A DNA stretch of 64,000 nucleotides, from positions 3,008,001 through 3,072,000 of the forward strand of contig OY762964.1 in assembly GCA_963667035.1 (NCBI GenBank). The letters are read 5' to 3'. The notes under the pieces were generated by a model. It did not search any database, was not told the origin of the DNA, and saw only the letters and a program-made list of their open reading frames with translations. This DNA is from Candidatus Cloacimonadales bacterium (GTDB lineage Bacteria > Cloacimonadota > Cloacimonadia > Cloacimonadales > JAFGVF01). Within the stretch, counting starts at the first letter, position 1. Every line of letters starts with the position of its first letter. Shown here in pieces: positions 11,901 to 19,247 of this stretch. Both the position numbers and the translations under genes were made by a program.

Positions 11901-12428
11901 TATGAATAGTCCGAGATAGTCGTTTAACTCGTTAACCTCATATTTACAAGCAACTTCAAATACTCCTCCGTTTGACAATCCTACTCCATCACTATTAACA
12001 CCATCGTCTTTATAGAGCCAGGTATTGTTCAATCCACTAGTCTGAGGTGTGTCCCAGTTTAATAACACTTCGTCATTATCTAGTACTTCAGCTGTTAGTT
12101 CACTAATCGGATAAGTTACTTCTTGTAACACAATCTGTCCTAACTCTATATCAGCTGTCCCTACTACAAGTTCTTGACTAATAGAGAAATATCCTTGGGC
12201 ACAAGCAATCTGTTGATAAGTATAGTTGCAATTAACGTTATTAATACTAAAGAAACCGTTAACATCGGTTTCAACTTGATAATCATAATCACCATGTAAG
12301 TAATAAAATCCACTAATTCCGGTCATTGTGTCTGATCCAATCAACTGACCACTAACATTGCATACAGGCTGTGCAATTATAATTGCAGAAAATAGAATGA
12401 ATACACTTAACAGTAATGTTCTTTTCAT
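8946..12428 (-). CDS. Large secreted protein: carboxypeptidase-regulatory-like and FN3 modules, choice-of-anchor J, FlgD-Ig/T9SS-like tail
   Basis: Start moved to ATG 12428 (MKRTLLLSVFILFSAIIIA signal peptide); internal duplication; [18 protein letters not shown]...RKMILIK. Confidence 0.8.
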   Translation of the reverse strand: MKRTLLLSVFILFSAIIIAQPVCNVSGQLIGSDTMTGISGFYYLHGDYDYQVETDVNGFFSINNVNCNYTYQQIACAQGYFSISQELVVGTADIELGQIVLQEVTYPISELTAEVLDNDEVLLNWDTPQTSGLNNTWLYKDDGVNSDGVGLSNGGVFEVACKYEVNELNDYLGLFINTMRLYIQSSAVSVTIKIYSGENGDLLLHEQSVPTYNIDAWNEVQLDTSIPITGDSPIWLGYEVEHTSEYRPVGCDEGPHQSGGDMIKTTDVWEELHIIAPTLDCNWNLQAYVSELPFSSGSLLNRRVEKQTANHPLMIEKQRNISPLVTRIVQNRTFLDYTVFRLNMNDENNPENWIELATIQDTTYTDSNWIGANPGVYKYAVQANYTNGYQSYPILSNWLPRVMYGSLTINLTTNSGDTPLGASINLTALTPNPDGIYNEYSGLTNNQGIATISDIWLGNYRIVASLDGYQGSTIESYIIDGANELDMMITEYIIPSHDVRAEVDEYSTFVSVHWGEPNEGSIPQWFAWDSGQNSSGVGTGAEAQFDIACRWEPEFLDDYGGMFITKVKFYPREANCEYSVRVWSGENAQTILIDQLCNNITSYNNWHTEILNNPVQIDASQELWVGVSVDTQTGHPVGCDQGPAIDGFGNMMLWGGTWQTLLEVNEELDYNWNLQAWVDWDTNGENAIRIGKPFIPESNRNTNSDLSLLTTDGVNREIREVLGYNLYRFIAGTESSPQSWNLIEVLTADTLFTDYGWTELPSNDYRYAVRAVYTGGFESTASISNIVHKDQRGYLQGLVTDINTQESIPGAVITVDTLTIVTDDIGYYIVCLDEGFHDFHVEANMYLPLELYDLPVLGEYIEMCNIELTPRAVVVGDDFESYSDFSLEFGDWELIDNDNDNTISFANIEFDNQGEEMAFMVFNPNTAVPPVPFASAHSGDKYIACFSSLHEANDDWIISPTIQLGDEGGFVSFWARSYTSQFGFEHLNVGVSTESEGTDSFVMFNNDNPLEVGIQWTYYSYDLSEYVGDVIRVGLNCCSCDRFALFIDDLSIDSVNGVVDNSTEAQPILSTKLLNNYPNPFNPTTNINFELKQSENVVIDVYKIKGQFVSRVADNEFGSGRHSVLWNGRDQNNKQVSSGIYFYKMKSGTYTKTRKMILIK

Positions 12429-12573
12429 ATTATTCCCCCGATAATTAATTAACAGATACTTAATTGGTACCAAGTATAAGTTTGGCAATATTAAGGAGTC
12501 AATATTTTTTTTGTAACTGTAAGTTATAATTTTAGTTAAATAGGTTTCTAAAGGCGTTCTGCCATATATGAAA

Positions 12574-12601
12574 AAAGAGTATGCTGTTCAGCAGACTCTT
12601 T
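12574..12601 (-). terminator. Intrinsic terminator
   Basis: AAAGAGTaTGCTG-tt-CAGCAgACTCTTT hairpin with A-tract on + (U-tract on -). Confidence 0.6.
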
Positions 12602-12623
12602 GTTTTATCTTTAGTTTTAGAAA

Positions 12624-13769
12624 CTACTTTACCAGTACCATGTTATTCCAATACATCTCTGAACCTGATTGAACACTGTAATAGTAGATACCGGATGATA
12701 GATTATCAGCATTAAACACGATATTGTTTTTCCCTTGTGAGAAATATTGGTCAGCAATTGTTCTAACTAACTGTCCTCTGTTATTGTATACTTTTACGAC
12801 GACCTTATCGGCTTTTTGAAGATTGAACGATATTGTTGTTTCAGGATTAAAAGGATTAGGATAATTACTTATATCATTTATTGTCGGAGTGTTTACATTC
12901 TCGCTGTTAGATACTGGGTCAAACAGTATATCTATAGGTCCGAAATTATAACCAGATGCATCCATTGTCATTCCAGAAACCCAATAATAATATGTATTTC
13001 CTGCAACAACTTCGGTATCGTTGAAGTTGTAATTCGAAGGAACAGCCATATTCATTGCAGGTATAAGGTTTGATGTGAGTCTGGTAGCAGTATCAAAATC
13101 ATTGTTTGTATTTCTATATAACTCATATCCTGCCATATTGTTTTCTTCGGCTTGCCAGTTTATTCTTATATAGTCATCAACTCTCTCAGCAGAGAAATTC
13201 GTTAATGAAACAGGAACCAATGCACTGTAGTCAATGCTAAAATCATGGAAATAAGTATCTACATCCGAGCTAATCTGATATGATTCCGTACCTTTTTCAA
13301 ACTCCAGCATAGTCCAAGGTCCATCCGGAATGCTTCCTGAAGCAGAGTTTGATTCTGTGAATTCAATGTAAATTCTATATATTCCGTCCGGAACTTCAAC
13401 TCCATTATAGTTTGTTCCGTCCCAAGTAAGATTATGAGTTGTGTGATAATTCAAAGAAGCTCCTGTTACCGCTCCTACGCTATTACCGCCTGTCATCTGC
13501 ATAAACTTAACAAGATGTTGCATATAGCTCAAAGCCTTACGTTCAACCGTTTTCACAAATGTATCAGTATCGGTTGTTATCCATAAAGCAAAACAATGTC
13601 TGGGTGCATATTGTCCGTTATGAGTTGTTGTTCTAACAGTTATATCCATTGTACCCGGAGTTCTCTCTTCTACAGAGAGGATTCCATCATTAGGTATAAA
13701 ATTGGTTTGCTCCAATGCAAACATGAATGTACTAAATAAAAGTAAACTAATTATTAATATCTTTTTCAT
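12624..13769 (-). CDS. Secreted DUF2271-like domain protein with FlgD/T9SS-like tail
   Basis: YAPRHCFALWI...FVKT, AVTGAS, LTWDGT...VPDGIYRIYIEFTE; PVSLTNFSA linker; [10 protein letters not shown] tail. Confidence 0.75.
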   Translation of the reverse strand: MKKILIISLLLFSTFMFALEQTNFIPNDGILSVEERTPGTMDITVRTTTHNGQYAPRHCFALWITTDTDTFVKTVERKALSYMQHLVKFMQMTGGNSVGAVTGASLNYHTTHNLTWDGTNYNGVEVPDGIYRIYIEFTESNSASGSIPDGPWTMLEFEKGTESYQISSDVDTYFHDFSIDYSALVPVSLTNFSAERVDDYIRINWQAEENNMAGYELYRNTNNDFDTATRLTSNLIPAMNMAVPSNYNFNDTEVVAGNTYYYWVSGMTMDASGYNFGPIDILFDPVSNSENVNTPTINDISNYPNPFNPETTISFNLQKADKVVVKVYNNRGQLVRTIADQYFSQGKNNIVFNADNLSSGIYYYSVQSGSEMYWNNMVLVK

Positions 13770-14052
13770 AATCTCTCCAAACTTGTTATCCGCTTATCTC
13801 ATCTAAAATCTATAGGCAATATGTCAAGTAACTTTAGTTTAGGGATTTATCTGATTCTCAGTTTTAACAGTTTTGTGACATAAATTTCTTACTAAGATTA
13901 TGAAACTCAATACAATTGCATTTGTCTTTCTTTCTACACTTTGTATCAATGAACTATTACAGATTACTGCATAAAATTGCATTACCGAAAGTAATTTTCA
14001 AGAATTATACAAATAATAGTTTAACAATCCTCATCGTATCTCTCTGCCAATT

Positions 14053-14112
14053 TGCTCCAGTTCAATACACGAGACTTACTCGGGAATCTTGTGGGATTTT
14101 GCCCGAGAAATT
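14053..14112. repeat. Short copy of dispersed 11-bp-periodic repeat element
   Basis: caatacacgagacttactcgggaatcttgtgggattttgcccgagaaatt aligns to 41433-41515 minus three 11-mer units. Confidence 0.7.
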
Positions 14113-14132
14113 TAGTTGACGAGTAAAAAGAT

Positions 14133-15584
14133 TTACTTGAATTGTTCAATAGTCCAGGCAAGAGCTTCCTCAAGTAACTCGGGTGGAGGGCTTTTTATCA
14201 TACCTTCCTCTATTAACAAGTGGGTTGAAGTGCGAGCATTATCAATTCCTTCTTTAGCTTTATCATAAGCTTCTTGCCAAGTTAATATATGTCGTGCAAC
14301 TCCATCTTCAATTGCTTGCATGGCAACATCGGCGGCTTCTTTAGGAAAAACTTCCGTTTCATCCATTGTAGGAACAATGTTATCCGGAGTGATACCTCTT
14401 TGTTCAGCAAATTCAGCTAAGGAATAAGCTGCACGAATTGCCATATTATCCGTTATTTCTTTAGCTTCTGTTAAAAGAGCTCCCTTAAGTATTCCAGGAA
14501 ATCCCAGAGAATTGTTAATTTGATTAGGGAAGTCTCCTCTTCCTGTTGCAACAATATATGCTCCTGCTTCCTTCGCTGCATAAGGATAAATCTCGGGTAC
14601 GGGATTTGCACAAACAAAAACAATAGGTTTCTTGTTCATCAATTTAATCCATTCAGGTCTGATTGTATTTGGCCCTGGTTGGGATAGGGCTATTAACACG
14701 TCAGCATTTTTAAAGGCTTCTTCTTTATCCTGAATCATGTTAGGATTAGTTTTTGAGGCTAATTCCCATTGTTTATAACTTCCCGGATTGTTCTTTAAAT
14801 CATCTCGGTTTTTATGTAAACTTCCCTGAGAATCAAATATAATCATATTACTTTCCGGTAAACCTGCCTTGATTAGGAAACGAGCAATAGTTGAATTTGA
14901 CGCACCACAACCAAACATTACCGTCTTAATATTGTTTATATTTTTGTTCGCTAACTTCATTGCATTGATAAATCCGGCGAGTGTTACACAAGCTGTTCCC
15001 TGAGCATCGTCATGCCAAACAGGTATATCACATTCTGCCCTGAGAGTATCAAGTACCTTATAACAGTTAGGTTGCGAAATATCCTCAAGATTGACAGCAC
15101 CAAATGAAGGTTGGAGCATTTTCACAAAATCAATTATCTTTTGAGGATCTGGATTACCCTTTTCATCCCTATTATCTATACACAAAGCAACTGCATCAAT
15201 ACCGCCTAAATATTTCATTAGAAATGCTTTACCCTCCATAACCCCAAGACCACCGGGAGGTGTGCAATCACCGTCACCAAGCACACGAGTTGAATCACTT
15301 ACAACAGCAACAAGATTACTTCTGTTTGAGAGCTTAAACGAGGAATAATTGTTATCTCTAATACTGGTTGAGACTTTAGAAACACCAGGTGTATACCAAA
15401 CGTTAAACCAGTTAAATCCCCATACACCGGCTTTGGGTAAAGTCTGCATTTTACCATTATAGAAATAGTGAGCCTTCTCTGATAGTCTCTTTAAAAAAAT
15501 AGTTTGAGCATTAGCTTTCTGTTCGGGAGTAAACTCTTCAGGGAAAATATTACTCAGGTTGTTTAAATCAATATTCAGCTTCAT
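14133..15584 (-). CDS. NAD(P)-dependent malic enzyme
   Basis: WYTPGV, VSDSTRVLGDG, VMEGKA, NLEDI, HDDAQGTA, ANPVPEI, ATGRGDFPNQINN. Confidence 0.93.
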   Translation of the reverse strand: MKLNIDLNNLSNIFPEEFTPEQKANAQTIFLKRLSEKAHYFYNGKMQTLPKAGVWGFNWFNVWYTPGVSKVSTSIRDNNYSSFKLSNRSNLVAVVSDSTRVLGDGDCTPPGGLGVMEGKAFLMKYLGGIDAVALCIDNRDEKGNPDPQKIIDFVKMLQPSFGAVNLEDISQPNCYKVLDTLRAECDIPVWHDDAQGTACVTLAGFINAMKLANKNINNIKTVMFGCGASNSTIARFLIKAGLPESNMIIFDSQGSLHKNRDDLKNNPGSYKQWELASKTNPNMIQDKEEAFKNADVLIALSQPGPNTIRPEWIKLMNKKPIVFVCANPVPEIYPYAAKEAGAYIVATGRGDFPNQINNSLGFPGILKGALLTEAKEITDNMAIRAAYSLAEFAEQRGITPDNIVPTMDETEVFPKEAADVAMQAIEDGVARHILTWQEAYDKAKEGIDNARTSTHLLIEEGMIKSPPPELLEEALAWTIEQFK

Positions 15585-16115
15585 CTATCTCCTCTTAAAA
15601 ATGTTGTTTCCGTTAGTATCAATTGCCACTATACACGGAAAGTCTTTTACTTCCAGTTTTCTTACTGCTTCCGGGCCTAGTTCTTCCCAAGCAATGACTT
15701 CCGCAGAAACTATTGTCTCAGAGAGCAGAGCACCAGCTCCGCCAATAGCTACAAAGTAAACACCTCTATTTTTAACAATGGAACTAATAACATCGTCAGA
15801 GCGACCTCCTTTTCCAATCATGCCTTTTAAACCATTTTCAAGAAGAGTAGGAGCATAAGCATCCATTCTGTAGCTGGTTGTAGGACCTGCCGAGCCTATT
15901 ACTTCTCCCGGTCTTGTAGGAGTAGGGCCTGTATAGTAGATTACACTGTTTTTTAACTCAAAAGGTAAACTCTTTCCGGATGCAAGTAAGTCAACAATTC
16001 GCTTATGGGCAGCATCTCTAGCTGTATAAATAATACCGGAGATTAAAACATTATCTCCAATTCTAAGTTTATTAATATCTTCTTGTCTTAATGGTGTTCT
16101 AAATTTAATGTCCAT
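15585..16115 (-). CDS. Fe-S fumarate/tartrate hydro-lyase, beta subunit
   Basis: YTARDAAH, GPTTSYRM, MIGKG, ELGPEA. Confidence 0.93.
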   Translation of the reverse strand: MDIKFRTPLRQEDINKLRIGDNVLISGIIYTARDAAHKRIVDLLASGKSLPFELKNSVIYYTGPTPTRPGEVIGSAGPTTSYRMDAYAPTLLENGLKGMIGKGGRSDDVISSIVKNRGVYFVAIGGAGALLSETIVSAEVIAWEELGPEAVRKLEVKDFPCIVAIDTNGNNIFKRR

Positions 16116-16123
16116 AATTTATC

Positions 16124-16966
16124 CTAAAGAATAGCAGTTTTGTGCCTATGGGCATGACACTGAATATTGATTGCAACAGGAAGTGATGCAATGTGACACG
16201 GCATTGTCTCTATCATTACTTTAAAAGCTGTAGTATTTCCGCCAAGTCCCTGAGGTCCGACATTGCTCTGATTAACAAGTTCTAGAAGTTCATTCTCAAG
16301 TGTAGCCCAGTTCTTCTCTTTATTGTTTGAACTTAGCGGACGCATAAGGGCTTTCTTTGCCAATAAAGCAGAAGTCTCAAAATTACCTCCTACTCCAATT
16401 CCAATGATTACTGGAGGACATGGATTACCTCCAGCTTCAATCACGGTATCCAGAATTAATTTCTTTATACCGTCTACACCGTCAGAAGGCTTTAACATCG
16501 CTATCCTACTCATATTTTCCGAGCCTCCTCCTTTAGGGGCTACAGTTAACTTAAGCCTGTCTCCGGAAACGATATCGTAATGAATTATAACAGGAAGATT
16601 GGTATTTGTATTACTTCTTCCGAAACAAGGATCCGTAACCATGGATTTACGGAAGTAGTTATCTTTATAACAGAGTCTTACACCTTCTTCTATTGCTTCT
16701 TTTAAATTGCCGTCAATGTGCAATTCTTGCCCTAATTCAACAAATACGACAGCAACTCCTGTATCTTGGCAAATAGGTTTTTGTTTCTCTATTGCCAGAT
16801 TTGCATTAAGTAACAACTTCTCAAGTATATCTTTAGCAAGAGGATTGTTTTCTTTCTTTATAAATTCTGCAACCAGTTGAGGTAATTCTTCATCCAATTC
16901 ATAATTTGCGTTCTTGAAGAGTTTTATTATCTCGTTAGTTATCGACTCAGCTTTTATTTCTCTCAT
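16124..16966 (-). CDS. Fe-S fumarate hydratase, alpha subunit
   Basis: PICQDTG, PKGGGSEN, GNPCPP, GPQGLGG, CHAHRH. Confidence 0.93.
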   Translation of the reverse strand: MREIKAESITNEIIKLFKNANYELDEELPQLVAEFIKKENNPLAKDILEKLLLNANLAIEKQKPICQDTGVAVVFVELGQELHIDGNLKEAIEEGVRLCYKDNYFRKSMVTDPCFGRSNTNTNLPVIIHYDIVSGDRLKLTVAPKGGGSENMSRIAMLKPSDGVDGIKKLILDTVIEAGGNPCPPVIIGIGVGGNFETSALLAKKALMRPLSSNNKEKNWATLENELLELVNQSNVGPQGLGGNTTAFKVMIETMPCHIASLPVAINIQCHAHRHKTAIL

Positions 16967-18173
16967 TTTCTTTCCTTACTCTTCTTGTATAGGCCTCAGC
17001 TAATCCACCAATAGAAGTCTCTCTGTAGCTGGGCGATAAATCTTTTCCTGTTTGGGTCATAACATACACTACTTCATCAAATGAGATTCTATGTCTACCG
17101 TCAGAGAATATGGCATACTCGGCACAAGAGATTGCCTGCTTTGCAGCAAAAGCATTTCTTTCAATACAAGGTATTTGTACTAATCCCATCACAGGATCAC
17201 ATGTTAGACCCAGATTATGCTCTAAGCCCATTTCTGCAGCATACTCTATTTGAGAAGGTGTACCTCCCAGAATTTGGGCAACAGCCCCTGCAGCCATTGC
17301 ACAAGCTGTTCCTACTTCTCCCTGACAACCAACTTCAGCTCCAGAGATAGAACCATTCTGCTTAACTAAATTACCTATTAATCCTGCAGTTAGTAATGCT
17401 CTAAAGACTTCTTTCTCAGTACAATCCATTTGGGTTAGGCAATATTTCATTGTTGCTGGTAGGACTCCACAAGCACCGCAGGTTGGTGAAGTGGCAATCA
17501 AGTTTCCTGAAGCATTTTCTTCGGATACTGCTAAGGCATAAGCTGTTATAGTTAAACCTCTCTTGTAATGTGGGGAAGAAAGCTTAGACTTTCTCAAAAG
17601 AGAATTGGCTTTCCTAGCTACCCCCAATCCTCCCGGAAGTACTCCTTCATCCGATAAGCCTCTCTGTATGGCATCTTCCATAACTCTCCACACCTCTTTG
17701 ATATGATCAAGAATCTCTATCCCTTCCTGTTCAATGACATATTCCCACAAGTTTAGTCCCTTCTCTTCACAATATTCAAGAATATCATCCATAAACTGGT
17801 GTTTATAAACGTTATGAGCGGTCTTATCACCGGTTTCGGATACGGAACCTCCTCCGATGCTATATACTTGCCATTCACCTAACAGATGATCTTGCTCATC
17901 AAAAGTTTTAAAAAGCATACCGTTAGGATGAAGGGGGAGCTCAATTTCAGGTTTCCAAACAATATCTAGTTTTCTATCATGAAAGACAGAGTTGAGAGCA
18001 GTATCTGTTAAATGCCCCTTGCCTGTTGCAGCAAGACTGGCAAAGAGGGTAACTTCGAAATGTGGGGCTAGAGGAAATCTATTTAAAAATGTGGTTGCAG
18101 CAATTGTCGGCCCCATAGTATGACTACTTGAAGGTCCTCTGCCTATTTTGTAAAGTTCTCTGAGAGTTTCCAA
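16947..18173 (-). CDS. sdaA: L-serine ammonia-lyase, Fe-S dependent (fused beta-alpha)
   Basis: GPSSSHTMGP, TGKGHLTD, SEENA, PTCGACG, SGAEVGCQGEVG, GLTCDP, PCIERN; TTG start. Confidence 0.93.
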   Translation of the reverse strand: METLRELYKIGRGPSSSHTMGPTIAATTFLNRFPLAPHFEVTLFASLAATGKGHLTDTALNSVFHDRKLDIVWKPEIELPLHPNGMLFKTFDEQDHLLGEWQVYSIGGGSVSETGDKTAHNVYKHQFMDDILEYCEEKGLNLWEYVIEQEGIEILDHIKEVWRVMEDAIQRGLSDEGVLPGGLGVARKANSLLRKSKLSSPHYKRGLTITAYALAVSEENASGNLIATSPTCGACGVLPATMKYCLTQMDCTEKEVFRALLTAGLIGNLVKQNGSISGAEVGCQGEVGTACAMAAGAVAQILGGTPSQIEYAAEMGLEHNLGLTCDPVMGLVQIPCIERNAFAAKQAISCAEYAIFSDGRHRISFDEVVYVMTQTGKDLSPSYRETSIGGLAEAYTRRVRKENERNKS

Positions 18174-18378
18174 TTATACTTTTCCTTCTCGTACAAGACG
18201 AGTAAAATGTTCATAATATCTATCCATTGTCTTCTCATATTCTGCCGGAAAAAAACAACCGGGTAATTGTCTCGACTTTTTTATGATAGGCAACACATTC
18301 ACAACAGATTCCTTTTTTGGAACACGGGTCATAAGTGCAAGTACAATTTTGTTGGTTATCACTCTTCTTGCAATCCAT
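18174..18378 (-). pseudogene. DUF6485-like small Cys-rich protein, split by a 1-nt frameshift
   Basis: AGGAG RBS + ATG 18378 gives MDCKKSDNQQNCTCTYDPCSKKGICCECVAYH; continuation KKSRQLPGCFFPAEYEKTMDR... is in another frame, joined by removing one A from the A6 run at 18277-18282. Confidence 0.75.
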
Positions 18379-18475
18379 TTTGACTCCTGAGGTTTTTGTT
18401 TATTGCATTCGCAAGAAGGTTTTTGTAAAGTTAAATTTTAAAGATACAATTGACCATTTATTTACAGATAGCAAA

Positions 18476-18503
18476 AAAGACTACCCTATAAAGAGTAGTC
18501 TTT
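18476..18503 (-). terminator. Intrinsic terminator of ABC/M1 operon
   Basis: AAAGACTAC / GTAGTCTTT stem with upstream A-tract (U-tract on -). Confidence 0.7.
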
Positions 18504-18521
18504 ATACTAATAATCAATAGT

Positions 18522-19238
18522 TTATTCTTCAAACAGGTCTTCTTCCGAAGGTGGAGTGTATTCAAAGTGTTTAGACATCTTCATGGTTGTAGTATTCTCC
18601 ATTTTCTGTCCGCCTGCTTCAATAACAGTTTCAGAAATAACTTTACTTGCAAAGAATTTTCCCTTACTGTTTGTTTTATAATAAGAAGTGTTCTTCATAG
18701 CAGTAACAAATTGAGGTAAAGGAAGCATGCTGTTTTCATCTTTTATAGGCTCTCCTGTTTTAGCATCTAAGAAAACCGTGCCAAACAATTGAGTTTCTTT
18801 ACCACTCTCATCCGTTACTGTTTTTTTATATGAGAAGACGGCACAATCGATTCCTTCAAAGTCCTGATTACCTTTTCTTTTAAGTTTTATCTCATTAGGA
18901 TCATCAACAAATACACCATCTTTCTTTGGAGTAAAATCTTGAGCAAGAATCTGATTTACAACAGGGTTATCTGCAGTAATTTCTTCTTCTCCCATAACAC
19001 CTTTAATAAATTCAGATTCAAGTCCTTCATCTGTTTGCTTAACGCCAACATGAAACTCTGCGGTAACACTTTGAGGTCCGGTCATACTGGTTGTCATCTT
19101 CATTAATCCCGGAACAAGATTCCAGTTGTTATTATAGAATTCTTGGGCTTTTGTCCAGAGGGGGTCCACTCCTTTAGCAGTAAGACAACTACATATAACT
19201 ACAAATAGTAATGTTGTGAATAAAAGTTTTTTTAACAT
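18522..19238 (-). CDS. Hypothetical secreted protein
   Basis: Signal peptide, beta-rich, AGGAG RBS, 9 nt after M1-fusion stop. Confidence 0.7.
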   Translation of the reverse strand: MLKKLLFTTLLFVVICSCLTAKGVDPLWTKAQEFYNNNWNLVPGLMKMTTSMTGPQSVTAEFHVGVKQTDEGLESEFIKGVMGEEEITADNPVVNQILAQDFTPKKDGVFVDDPNEIKLKRKGNQDFEGIDCAVFSYKKTVTDESGKETQLFGTVFLDAKTGEPIKDENSMLPLPQFVTAMKNTSYYKTNSKGKFFASKVISETVIEAGGQKMENTTTMKMSKHFEYTPPSEEDLFEE

Positions 19239-19247
19239 AATATCTCC

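Noticed and set aside
12429..12488. Extended N-termini in ORF track (also 30608, 29605, 40135, 35058, 36894, 54428, 57517)
   Set aside because: Downstream starts have better RBS and signal peptides and avoid long overlaps
12514..12538. TAAC-N17-GTTA loose palindrome and similar intergenic motifs (28274, 49180)
   Set aside because: Spacing inconsistent between instances; indistinguishable from AT-rich background by eye
18276..18282. Programmed -1 frameshift at AAAAAAG
   Set aside because: Heptamer is out of phase for -1 slippage; the join needs +1
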